Shown: piece after piece, positions 1-12,012 of the stretch
Layout of the letters: every line of letters begins with the position of its first letter
Position numbering within the stretch: the stretch's first letter is position 1
NCBI GenBank assembly: GCA_010405405.1
Contig: MU004234.1
Span: 2,453,697-2,517,696, forward strand
DNA length: 64,000 bases
Reading direction: 5' to 3'
Source of the DNA: Microthyrium microscopicum
Taxonomy: Eukaryota
Notes under the pieces: generated by a model
Told to the model about the DNA's origin: nothing
The model's database searches: none
What the model saw: only the letters and a program-made list of their open reading frames with translations
Position numbers and translations under genes: made by a program

Positions 1-455
1 GCAATGGGCCTGCTACCGTGGCGCGAGGCATGGATCCGTGGGCTTCTGGTGGGTCAGTTGGCTCGGCTGGCGCGGGCGCAAGGTTGACGAAGATGGGTGA
101 GCACGCAAGTGGGGAGATGGAGATTTTGGGACTGGCGGGTGTATGGCGGGTCGGTGATGATGAAGGTGGAATATGTCATTGGTAGGGCGATGATAGATGT
201 TTGAATGAGTGATAAACGCCATGATGAGTTCGACGCTGGCTCTGTAAGTGGTGATATGGCACACACAAAAGCGCGGCATGGCATGTATTTTTTGGTTTAG
301 TGGTTGTATACCCACTCTTGGTCTATGCCTAGAGATATTATTCTCAGCTCATTATTATGATATTCTTTATGATATACTATCGCGTTTGTCCATTCTTGAA
401 CAATCCACTAAAGGCTTTTTGATTGCCCTTAGACACGTCTCATTTCTCGTAAGCG

Positions 456-2741
456 CTACTTCTCTACCAAGCCTACAGCTCCATAATCATCTTCACTAAC
501 GCCTACTCTAGCTCGATTCCGTCCATCTGCTTTCAAAAGTTCCCGTACACTCCTATCCGGCATTCCGTTCGCTGCCTTATCCCAAAAATCAATTGTTGCC
601 GATGCAACGAGCTGGGCAACCGAGCACCACGTATTGCCCAAGATACTCCATTTCGTGCCAGCCAAGAATGTAGCCAGACAAATGATCACCATCAACATAT
701 GGAAAACCATCACAGCTGCCACTGCTATAAAGCCGGCATGTCGTACAGGCGCGTTGGAGGTCATAAAGTACGCCTGCTGCACCTTTTCGGATTCATCGAG
801 CAACGCGAGCTTGTCATAGTAGTTTATACTAGCCAGCGAAGATATCAGTGACTGTAGCGCAAATGCCAAGCTTCCGCCAGTGTTCAGAATCTCTTGAAAG
901 AGACGCAGGTGCATTGGGTCGGGACAGATGATATTTGGAGAATTCACTTCTAGGCACCAGCTCTGCCAGAGGGAGGCAGGGATATTTCCCTCCATGTCAA
1001 GAGCATAGTGGTGGTAGCTGCCAAGGTTGGCGAGCCCGCGAATCCATGGATCGTTGATGGGGAGCTCGTCGCTTTGCGCCAGCCAGGAGGCACGGATGGG
1101 TGTGAGGTCAAGTAGACCGCGTGCCATGTTGCTCTTGTCACGTTCTTGGCCGTAGAGTGCGCGAATATCGTCGAAACGGTATGTCTGGTTCGTGCTATTG
1201 TATTTGGGACTTGGCTCTGTGCGGTTTTTTGGGCTTGACATGCGGACGGGCAAGTTGGCGGTGGTGAAGGCTGCGTAGCATAGCGATATGCTGAGGGTTA
1301 GATTTACATCTTTGTACTCGAGATCCTGCCATATGCCGCGCTCATAACTGCTCACCGACCCTAGATTGTCCCCTTCTGGCAATTGGTCATCACCCAGCTC
1401 AACATTAAGCACGATGTATGCCGTTCCAAGGTGTTGGGACCCATTCACGCCGGTTATATAGTCTGTGAGGTTCGTGAGGGAAGGAAACTCGCTGATTAAC
1501 CCACCCGGGCCTGTGTTATCGAATTCGGGAAGCTGGCATAATGCGATGCGATGATCTTTCGTAACCGAGCCGAGGAAAGGGACGTAGCAGGTGAAAGGTG
1601 AGGCCTCGTTGTCGTGTTCGTCAGGAATGGCAGTATTGTTCAAGCGAGGAGTCAGTCGAGTAGCGCCAATGAATCCAGACACCACGGTACTTGTGAACAA
1701 CCCGCCATACCGCGAAGGAGCTAGGTATAACATCGGTATTTGGCATGTCACTCGGTTGTCCAGCACCATAGTCTTGCCAACATCCTCATTAAGAGTTTCT
1801 CATGCAGAAGCTGACTGGAAAGGTAGAAAGGCACGAAGTGTCAGTCCAGTATCGTCCACACCATCGGCCACTTGAGGAGCTTCTCTATACTCTGCAAATG
1901 CAGGGTATCCTTGAGGCTTGAGTGACCACGTCGACGGCCGAGTGGCCGAATCATCTGTCACATCGCCTAGGCCGTACGAAATATTTTGTGTAAAAGATCT
2001 CGCCGGAACCTGTACTAGTCCAAGATCACTGACAAGTACGATGGTGATTACTTGCAGGAAACCAAAGACAAACAAGAAAGCAATCATGAGAAGAGGTAAA
2101 GCAGACTTGCATTTGCGGACCATCCTCCACACCCATCCTTGCTCTTGCCAGAGACCTAAGATTGCGCCGGTCCCCAGCACACTTGCTCGTATCAAGGCTA
2201 CGGTAGCTGCATTCTCCAGCTCAACTTCGAAGCGTTCAAGCGTCAAGGCGGCAAGCATAGCACTACAAGTGCCGATTTGAAACCCAATTGCAAGCTTCAA
2301 GCCTTCAGAGATGATAGTGATTGCTTGTGTCATCCAGTCTCGGACCACTATGCCGCGCCATGTGGTATCTGTTGCGTTGGAGAACCATAGAAATGAGAGC
2401 AGGCCGAGACACAGTAGTATGACTATGTCGCCCAATACAAGCACGGCGATAGCGGTCTTGCCTAATTTCTGTGCCCAAGTGACACGCTTGAAGCCCGTTG
2501 ACTGAGACTTGTTTTGCGCTTTTCTGTCTCCAGTTGTCGCTTGCTCGGTCCTCGCAAGAAAGTGTGACCTTTCGTCCTCTATTGGTAATTCATCTGGGTT
2601 GGCCTTGTTCCGTTCTTCGCCGGATCTCAAAGATTGATGTATATTATCGTTCTTGTTGCTGTATTGGGGCTCGGAGGTTGGAAACGATGGCAAAGCCTCG
2701 CTCACGGCACTTATCCGGGATATTTCTGGACCTGTCTCCAT
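456..2741 (-). pseudogene. Uncharacterised fungal multi-TM glycoprotein gene interrupted by a single in-frame TGA at 1800-1802
   Basis: ORFs 1800..2741 and 456..1769 are in the same frame, separated by TGA plus 10 sense codons (...LRAFLPFQSASA*ETLNEDVGKTMVLDNRVTCQ...). There are N-terminal TM helices, a large luminal region with N-x-S/T sites and a C-terminal TM followed by 'LGNTWCSVAQL'. No splice signals are evident around the stop. Confidence 0.7.
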
Positions 2742-3255
2742 TTCTTCTGGACCTTAGCAAGTACAAGATAACATGCTGGTAAAAGCTTTTGACCCAAGCG
2801 AACCTTTCTGTATTTCTAGGTGCAATGTTCGCGTCTTTACACTGCGCACTTTTGTTGGTCCAACGCGCTGCACATTGTTTGAAGGATTCCGCCATGAGTC
2901 ACCAGAGCCAGCCACAATCCATTTCAACGCCATCAAACGTACCATCGTACCATCGTACATTCGTGTCTTTGATCAACTCTGATTCTGTTCTCAAGCGCCG
3001 CTGCTCCGTTCAAAGAGCTTTCGCAGTGCTCTCAGAGGTTGTGACTTGTATAACGCATCTCATGTAACGAGTCAGTAAGGCCGCCGAATGTCCAAGAAAA
3101 ATGCAAATGCCGTGAAATTAGCCATTAAAAACAATAAATCCGGGGTATCATAATACAAGACATTAAATCGTAACCCGCCAAACCACGCAATGCAATGAAA
3201 ATCCAAAACATCCCAGCTCTTCCATCCCATGCCTACAATCATGCTTTATCAATAC

Positions 3256-4525
3256 TCAACAACCCGACCAAATCGCATTAACAAACATCCCATAACTATC
3301 CGCATTCAACAACCGCTCTGCGCTTCCCAGAGCCACATCATTCGCATACCCATAGGCCAAATCCTGCGTGCCCGGCTTGAAGATGATATCCGCATGCGTA
3401 TATTCGTGTACGGCTGTGGTCGTTTGGTCTTGCGAGTGGCATGCTTTTTCGAGGGGTTTGAGTGCGGTGAAGAAGGATGGACAGTAGGTTATGCTGTCGA
3501 GAGCGGACAGAGTGAAGGCTAGGGTTGAGTCGTTACAGTACTGCGAGTATCAGCGAGCGAAACGAAAGACAGAGAGTGATAGAGCTTACGTTATCGGGAT
3601 CAGTACAGTGGACGGTCGTCTTGGCTTTATCGGTAGCGGCGGCACATTCGGTAGCTACGGCTATGTAGCGATCATGGACGGTTTTGCGCGCGGCTGCGTC
3701 TTGGGTGCCGAAGTGTTCCTCGAATCTGCTACTGTCAGCTTCTGAAGAGCTCCACGCTGGGATATGGCGAGTTACTTCTTCGCGTCCCCGCTGAGCGCTT
3801 GCGCGGCAGCGAGCGTTGCTAGCCATGCACAGCTATCGTGCGCGGCTTTGACGGCTTTCAAGTGGTCGCCTGTGCAATCTTGCGCCACAGCACTCGCTGG
3901 AGTGCGAACGACCGCAGCAAAGCTATGGGCGGCGCGTTTACCGTCGACTTTGATGGCGAGTTTGTTGCTGTTGAAGGCGACGGAGCCGGAGATGTCGTTG
4001 TTGTCGCCGGTAGCGATGGGGATGTGACCTAGAGACAGAACGCTGAACTCTCCGCCGCTGGTCAGGTCGTGGAGTGAGGCCAACTCGACGTTGACGGTGA
4101 TGTTTGAGCCAGCAGCGAGTGATGTAAATGCGGAGTCGGGCAGGTTGTGGTATTTAATACTTTTTCTTATGCCGGAGAAGGGGACTCGGGCGTTATCTGG
4201 GCGTTGTGAGCAATACTATTTAGGATGAGTAGAGGGTAGTGGAGGTAGACGTACTTTGGCCGTGGAGAAGGAGCTTTTCAACTGGCGCGGCGTCTAGGAT
4301 TGTGCCTTCTCGTAGGAGGCGGAGGCTTGTGTCTCCATTATTGGTTATCACCGCTTGAACCTGGGTGTGGTCGAGAGAGGTGATTTGAATTGAGAGAGGA
4401 CTAATTTTTTGAGTAGCTTGTTCTGCTCTTGCTCTTGAAGAACTGGCTTCATCTCTTGGGGGAATAGCTGATGATATGGCCAGGGTGGCGTAGGACAAGA
4501 GATATACCGGAGTTGATAGTCGCAT
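3256..4525 (-). CDS. Secreted M35 metalloprotease (deuterolysin / neutral protease II family), 4 exons
   Basis: Signal peptide, prodomain (ITNNGDTSLRLL...FNSNKLAIKVDG) and a mature domain with HEYTH zinc motif, GTQDLAYG and NADSYGMF. Introns at 4197-4254, about 3725-3775 and about 3540-3588 have GT..AG ends and keep the frame. Stop TGA at 3256-3258. Confidence 0.93.
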
Positions 4526-6556
4526 TGCTAGTGAATGACTTTAATCCAGCCAGCCCAGAATGAAAATGCTAGAAAACTACACGCAAAGGAGAATAATAAG
4601 AGTCAAATCGAGTTGCCACCATATCTTATATCGGCATGGTCGACTCAGTAGGAAGTGATAGGATCTAACGAAAAGGAATTATCCAATGAGCAAGATCCCA
4701 CTCCCGTTCCAAGATCCCAATTTGCAGTAAGACTTGCTTAGCGATAAGATGGGTCAAGCCAATGTAGTAGGTGCACAACGATCGGCACGGAAGGAGTGTT
4801 TTGACAGCCTTGTGTCCAGACGGCCCGCTGACCACGATTATGGAACTAGGAGGGTGTTTCTAGAGGAGAGGCAGGTAATGACGGGAGACGCGCTGTAGTC
4901 CTTGTAGAATGTTACAGGGACTGTGGTCGCAAGCTGTGATTTTTTCAGGAAGCTGTTAGACGGGAAGGTAAGCCGGCGGGTACTGGTATAATCCTGGAGC
5001 AAGTCACATAGGCACAATCGGATTTGGGAGCAGAGGCCTGAAGGATGACGAGAGAGCTGACACCTGTATGGGAAGAAGCACAGGCGCGTCAATGGTTTTT
5101 AGAACAAGAGCTCAATGGTCCACAGTGATATGTCCTACTCCTATGGGATAGGGCATTGGTGGATTCCAGGATGGAAGAGAACTATGAGTTCAATCTTGCC
5201 TCCGAGCGCGATGTAGAACTAGAAATCAACAAGCGGAATGATACAGCTGCCTGGTAAAGTAACAGAAACCTGGGGGAAAAGCGCTTGTCACATTGATCGC
5301 CGAGTGTCGATGAACAAACCCATAGCCCAGGAATAACTTTGGATGGAATATGATGATCCGAACGGACTAAGATCAAGCATTAACTGTACTCATAAACTTA
5401 TTTCGTGGCAGAGAGAGCGTAGACATCTGTCTGAAATTGGGAGGTTTCTTACCGAACCACGATAGGGCTCTCGCATCTGTCAAAAGGCGAACCGAGAATG
5501 TACATTTGGCTCAGCTCCAAGATCTAGAGAGGTCTCTCCGCATCAAAGCCTGCTTCAGAAAAGGCCATGTCCTTGCTCTTTCTGACCAACGTTGTCCAAA
5601 GGACGGAAACTCAGATAGCTTGGCAGCTTCCTGATGGCGACCTAGAACGTCATAGACCATTGAATTGGCAGCTGAGCATGGAGAAGCGAGAGAGCGAGAA
5701 GCAGCCCTGCCATAGTTTGCGAAATCGGTAAAGAAACAGAAGCAGTCAAGTTCGTGTAAAGTTTACGCTTGTGGACAGGCCTGTTGAAAGCAATATAAAA
5801 AGAGCATGGATGAATTGCTTCATATAGGCGATGCAGCTGTCACATTAGTAGTCTAGTACAAATGAACTGCTGGGAGTGGTGTGGAGATGGCGATCAGGCC
5901 ACTTGATGCCAGCTCCCAATGGTCTGGGATGATAAAGGGGAAGGAGGATAACGGCTTCAAGACAGGTTATTATCTCAACGGCTTCATACGTCAATCAGAG
6001 TGTTGACAAAGTTGTTGACCGTTTTTGAGACCTGATAGAGTGCTCAGTCCCAATAATCGGGTGGTTGGAGCCAACAAGCCTAGGGTGCTGGCGCTTCAGG
6101 TCGTAGGGCAGAGCCTTGACCCGATTGTAGGCCTTCTTACGGAGTACTAGAATATGATATGCAGATGGAGGACAGCCGATTTGACAAAAGTTGATGAAGA
6201 TGCTTGAATGTTGAGGGCTCGTTGTGATCAAGACTGTGCAAGTAGTAGAGTACCGTACCTGTGTAGCGGGAATAAAGACAGCAAATAGTCCTAAAGCGAA
6301 AAGAATGTGGGTAAATCAAGGCAAATATCGCCGAAACCAACACCAAAACGCGAAACGGAGCCCTGTCTTGATCTGTTTCCAACATGCCCCAATTGATATC
6401 CGATGGTCTTCTGTTCTTTTGCCGCCTGTTTTCCCTCTCAGGCTTTTTGCAATAATGTCTAGACCATCGTCTACTTTGTTGCCAAGCTGCCACTCATCAC
6501 CTCCTGAGTTTGTACGGATCTGATCCGAGAAGTGCAAGGGACGCGTGTCTGTCAAC

Positions 6557-7461
6557 ATGGGTCTTTTTGATACCTTTCGCAATCTAGTAGGCAAGTAACT
6601 CCATTGCTATTATTTCTTGTTAGATCCATTCCTGCGACGTGCTGTGCTGGATGGCCGGCTTGCTGTCAGCTCAATCCAGCCAACATGAAGTTTTTTTTGG
6701 CGATGCACCTCCTGGTCTACAGCAAATCGAGCAACTACATTCTGAATTGAATCTGCAGATTTTGTCAGCGTATCGTAAGCTAATAGTTTACAGCCGGTGA
6801 CGGAAATCGTGGTCGATATGCCAGCCTTGGCAAATCATCGTGGAGTGGACGAGTGTCTCGCCAGCGATGCATCACTCTACTACTTCTGTTTACCATGATA
6901 TTGACCACCATCGGTATTTTGGCATATACGCCATCCGGACCAAAATCTTCCATACCATCCAACGAGGAGCCAATTGAGGACCACCATCTGTCTAGCAAAA
7001 GTCTCATTTTGACCCTGAACCAAACCGATGCTACTGTTCCTTCCTTTCGTGTAACCATCACGAACTACCACTTTACTACCAAGGCCTCCTTGCTAATGTG
7101 GGATTCACCTTTCGATGATCAAGGCGTTGCTCTAGGTCTCTTTACCATTATGGAACGAGGGTCTGGGAAACAAATCCCAACCCAAGGCCTTCATATCTCG
7201 CGGTTGATAGCCCCGAAGAAGGCAGATTTTATAGAACTTCTTCCGCGCCATGCTGTAACCAAAGATCTACCATTAGGCAAGCCTGGAGTCAAGTTGGCCA
7301 AGGGAAAGAGCTATGATATCAAGGCGTCAGGAAAATGGAAGGGCGTCTGGTATGCCGACGAAAAGTATACTGGCGAACAGAGGTTGAAAATGATGGGCGG
7401 GCCCACTGGACTCATTAATTGGAAGTACGAAACCAATACCCTCAAGGTGGATGTAAAATGA
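6557..7461 (+). CDS. Stand-alone M35-prodomain-like protein with N-terminal signal-anchor (about 233 aa, 2 exons, GC-AG intron 6591-6793)
   Basis: ATG in caacATGg context at 6557, donor AG|GCAAGT, branch GCTAAT and acceptor TACAG at 6793 join in phase 1 to ORF 6853..7461. A hydrophobic segment (CITLLLLFTMILTTIGILAY) is followed by a domain that aligns by eye with the neighbouring deuterolysin prodomain. No HExxH motif. Confidence 0.75.
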
Positions 7462-8025
7462 AGAAATGATTTCAGAAGTATCAAGTTCTTGACCAAATCA
7501 TTGCTATGCTGGGTCGCACTCGCCGATTAGAGTATCGTTGCTGGAGCCTGGTTGCTATGGACTCCTGAGGAAGCTCCCGTCATCAACACGCCCCTGATAT
7601 CAGGCATTTCAGTCATATCGTCAACACGGGAGCCATTTGTTGACAGGAATATATTTCTTGCCCCTCTTCTTGCTCGCAACCTGCACTTGTTGACGCGACT
7701 TGTTCTTCAACCTCGACTCGCACACTTTTTCAAGGAATTTTCACGACAGCCTCAATTCCGTCAATCGTTACACACTCCACGAGCCCATCAATCGCTCCAA
7801 GTCTTTGACCGTCTTCGCGTACCCATCGCACACATTACATTGTCATATTGACAGCATCTCTCGCACACATCAAGCCCTCCACACAAACATCACGCTCTCC
7901 ACACAAATCGCGTCCATCAACTACACCCACACGATCTCAGCAACCGGCCATTGATCAAACGATCATCCCAGCCAGTAAGTCAACGTAAATTATACGTGAA
8001 CGTGAAGTGCGAGGCGAAGAGCAAG

Positions 8026-8841
8026 ATGGATTCGACATTTGGTACCACTGGTTTTGGCTCTCATGCATTTGATTTCATCGTGAACGTGAACTCCTCCAAT
8101 TCCAACAACTCGATCTCCCATACCAACAACACCAATCCTATTCCATTCACCATGATCACAAACCTCGGCGCGCCCGCCCTCCTCCAAAAACCCATCTCCC
8201 ACCCCCTCCGCAGCCACCCCATCAACATCGCCAACCAAACCCAAATGGCACCACCGACCACCCTCCTCGGCAATCTCCTCTCCTTTCCTGCGCCTCCACC
8301 AACCACACCAGCGCGCCTTCCAACAATTCTCGAGGCGACTTCCCCAAGCCGCCCAACAACTCCCACGAGCGTGCTGTCCGCGCTGTCCCCGAACAGCAAA
8401 TACAACCAGCCAGTCTGGACCCCCTCCTCTCCCGTGGCGAGCACCTCCCTCGCCAGCATCGACCTCGCCGCCCTCACCTTCTCCGAGCGGCATCTCGACC
8501 TCTCCCTGCGCCTGCCCCCGTCCTCGCCTCGCTCTCCAAGCGTGGTGTCGACGGTCGGCACGGCCACAGAGATGCGCTCGGTGGAGGAGGCGCAGTCGAT
8601 GGGCGCGACCGCGCCATCCTCCTTGGGCAAGAGGATGCGCAACGTCGTGTTCTGTGGCGAGGAGGAGGACTCGTCGGATGAGGAGGAGGAGGAGGAACGG
8701 GTGGTGAAGAAGAAGCGGTTTTCGTTGGGCGCGGTGAGCGCGAGTGGTAGACGGTGGGCGGCGAGTGTGGGCCGGAGTGGGAAGCGGCAGAGTACGGGGG
8801 CGGCGGGCACGTGGCCGTATGGAGTGGGGATGATGAGATAG
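8026..8841 (+). CDS. Hypothetical low-complexity Ser/Pro/Thr-rich protein with acidic patch and basic NLS-like motif
   Basis: GC-rich ORF with first ATG at 8026 and the segment EEEDSSDEEEEEERVVKKKRF. A clean intron-like sequence follows the stop. The start codon is uncertain. Confidence 0.5.
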   Translation: MDSTFGTTGFGSHAFDFIVNVNSSNSNNSISHTNNTNPIPFTMITNLGAPALLQKPISHPLRSHPINIANQTQMAPPTTLLGNLLSFPAPPPTTPARLPTILEATSPSRPTTPTSVLSALSPNSKYNQPVWTPSSPVASTSLASIDLAALTFSERHLDLSLRLPPSSPRSPSVVSTVGTATEMRSVEEAQSMGATAPSSLGKRMRNVVFCGEEEDSSDEEEEEERVVKKKRFSLGAVSASGRRWAASVGRSGKRQSTGAAGTWPYGVGMMR

Positions 8842-9374
8842 TGTGTAAGTTTCTTAACGAGGCATTGAAGTCGAAGATGAGCTAACTGGTGTAGATGATA
8901 TTGTATTATACCAGAAAAAGAAGGGATTGTGGGCCGGTTTTGGGGGTTTGGGGATTGTTTGAGTATGGGTGAGGTTGGGTAATGGGGTGGTTTATGTCTG
9001 TATTAGTATTGTCTCTTTATAATTACTACTACAATGGGAAACTAATACGGCATCAATATCGTTGTGTCAATGAGGTTCCGTATGATTATCATTTGACTTG
9101 TTAGGAACTCGAAAGTCGAATAGCTCAAACGTCATAATGAGTACTTTGCTCACTTTGTAAGGATAGTACTATCTTTTTGCTCAGAACATCAATCTCAAAA
9201 CCCAAAACACTGTCCAAGTCAGCATCGAAACAGCACACACGCTGTTAATAAGTTATCTCCTACTTCTCTACCGCATCTTTCTTACATCCACCAACCTACA
9301 TGCAGCTTGACCCATAGATTCCTCAACGTTTCTATCTCCTCAAAACCGCCAGTCAAGATCTCAACCATCGCGAA

Positions 9375-10030
9375 ATGACAGACAAAGAAACATCGTAAGC
9401 TTTAGAAGAGTCTTTGTGGACTGCATTATGATTGACCAATCTAAGTAGCCCGCCAGCTCAGACTGGCGAGAGGAAGCAGAGTGTCCAAGTACTGGCAGCC
9501 CCAGACAATCGCTCACAGGCTACAAAACAGGCAGACTACCCGATCGAGTGCTGGGTTAACCTCATGCACGGTACCAAATTGACGTTCGATCAATGCTCCA
9601 GAGCTTTGAAGTGGCACTTGGAGGACTGGGAAATCCCAAATGTGAAGCCTTCCCACGACGAGATCCAGGCTGTTCGAGAATAACCCGCTTTTCCAAGGAG
9701 CCTAATGAACAAAATTACAGGGCGGGTATGGAGAAGAAGCGTCGTGGAATTCCATTGCAAGGTGCTTATCATGCCAACGGGCCATATCCTCTCTCCTATC
9801 CTTACGTTCAAGGCAAAGACCCGTTACCATCAATTGCCGTAGACCCGTTCTCTGTTGTCGAAATGGCCCTTCCTAACTCTGGGAGCCAGAAAGAGGCAAA
9901 CGTTGGAGCATCTGCCCACGCAGGGCTTCGCACATCCAAGCGAAAAAGAGCACAAGAGGTCACTGCCGATGAGGGTGACGAGATTGCGACAATCGCAACA
10001 AAGCGCTCCAAGTCAAGACAGATGCACTAG
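9375..10030 (+). pseudogene. Hypothetical gene with an apparent frameshift near 9675-9683
   Basis: ATG at 9375, intron GTAAGC...TTGAC...TAG joins to ORF 9432..9683. Plausible protein then continues in another frame (ORF 9593..10030, ending KRKRAQEVTADEGDEIATIATKRSK). Confidence 0.35.
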
Positions 10031-10441
10031 AAGATGTGAATGGCGAAAACGACTTGCCGACTTTCTATCAAAGTCAAAACTACGGCAACCGCTCTGGTAA
10101 TTCACACGTTGTTATCGGACGAGCTGAGGGCTTCTTTCTCTCACAGCTTTTTGTTTCAATTTTGGCGACACTGGACCGTCATTGACGACAACTGAGTTGA
10201 AAGCGATGACAGGAGCAGAAATTGAGAGTTGGAAATGAACGGGGATCTTCAGTACAGGCCAGAAAGTCGTCGAATTGCTCGATCATTGCAGCAGTCTTCT
10301 TTAGTATCTTAATATTATCTTTGATAATCATGCTAGTACCAAAAATCGTGCACCATTATTCCTTGAAGTCTATATTTTTTGTCTAGTGCTTCCTCAATCC
10401 AAGCTACCACCTATTGCTTCTATACATCTACAAGGTGGATA

Positions 10442-12012
10442 TCATTTTCCATCGCAAAACTGTATCACTGCCCACTCTCCATGCCATGCCCACCGTCTCT
10501 GTGGCCCTGGACCGCCCTCCTGAGTCCCCCTCAATTGCTCATCTTTACCTTCTGGCAGTCCACACACCGCATCTGCCTTGCAGGTCCGTAGCGCGAGCAC
10601 CCGAAGCCCAGAACCTGGACCAAGAGGTCCAATTGCTTCAGAGAAAGGTTTGGTCGGGGCCCATTCAGCCTATGATCTTGTTAGAAATCAATTGATCACC
10701 AAGGAGGGACAACATACATCCGCGATGAGTTTACGATAGTTCAGATCACCCTTGAAAATCACTAGCTCGCTCTGCTTCAAGTCTTCATACAAGTCTGGTG
10801 CTGTTGCGGGTAGTCGCCAGAAACTTCCTCCGTGGGTCCAGAAGCTGTGAGTTTTGATGACGAGCTTTCCTTCTTGTTGGAGCGTGGTCCAATTTTGATG
10901 GAGAAATGATAGGCTATCGAGCTCTGCGTTTGACTGTCCATTCTGTTTTGATTGGAAGAAGTCTTCTCCGTTCTTGAGTGCGTCGAGGAGATCAGCGATA
11001 TCTTTGGTGACGACGTCTGAGACAAACCAAGGGAAGTTCTTGGGATGGAGTACGACATTGGTTGCAAGGCCTGTGGACAGCAAGTAGCCAGCCAATACAA
11101 GGTCGACGAAGAGTTCGAAGCCTGCGTTGTCAAGCACAAAGTCTACTCGACGCTGAGACTTTCCAGTCTTTAGAGCCTCATTCAAGACTGCAAATGCTTT
11201 TGAAAGATCGTTCACCAATATCTTTTTTTCTGACGCTTTTCGTACTTTAGAGCCTTGCAGCTTCTGTATATCTTCCTCGGTTACATTCGTATGGAGTGAT
11301 AGATCTGTTTTGTTCCCCCATAGACATATTTCAGCCATTTCGATGAACAGGATTTCTTGTGCTTGTTCCAGTTGTTGAGGTGTTTCGACACCTTGGATCG
11401 TGTGACTGGATTGTAGGCTCGAGATAACAGTCTTGTATTGAGCGGCTAATTCGAGGACAGCTGGGCGCGAAGCTCTGAATCCAGAAATTTTACTGCGGGC
11501 AAACACATCATAGTTCTTCCAGTGCTTGGATGTGCTGAAGAGATTTTGTATGCGGCGAAAAAAGTAACAACAGGCGAATAGCCAGGCTCCGTCAAGCCAT
11601 GTCGTTGCACCCCGTTGTGCTAATTCTGTGTTGTATGCTGGAATGTCTCCCGTACCGTCGTCTTCCAAGGGAGTTAGTGGGAGATCTTGCTGTACTTCGT
11701 GCTTCAATTGAGCTATCTGATCGATAATAGCTTGACCCTCGCTTTTGGCGTCGCCCTCTGGTAGCCCCGAAAGAGTAGTCTGGATATCTTCGCTAATTTG
11801 GCCCTATCTACTTCATCAGTGACAAGTCAATGAGCAGATTAAAGACCATATGGGATTTCGTACAATTTGCACCGGCCAATTTTCTGTGGTAAACGGATAT
11901 CCAAAGGAGTTTTTATCCCCACTTTGCCATTGAGCTAGACAAACTTAAAGTCAGCTTCTGGAACGTGAACCTTTGGTACTGAAAACTCACGAGTGGTAGT
12001 GTCGAACTCCAT
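10442..12012 (-). CDS. DUF89 / ARMT1-like damage-control metal-dependent phosphatase, 4 exons
   Basis: Motifs LWGNKTDLS, VLDNAGFELFVDL, PWFVSDV, FKGDLNYRKL, RTCKAD and the C-terminus WAWHGEWAVIQFCDGK. Canonical introns; ATG at 12012, stop at 10442. Confidence 0.92.

Noticed and set aside
1..315. Short minus-strand ORFs and a branch/acceptor-like CTGAC..CAG near 47-56
   Set aside because: May be the 5' end of a gene leaving the window, but there is no convincing donor or recognisable protein.
7990..8810. Two long antisense ORFs (167 and 249 aa)
   Set aside because: Shadows of a GC-rich plus-strand ORF with no independent signals.
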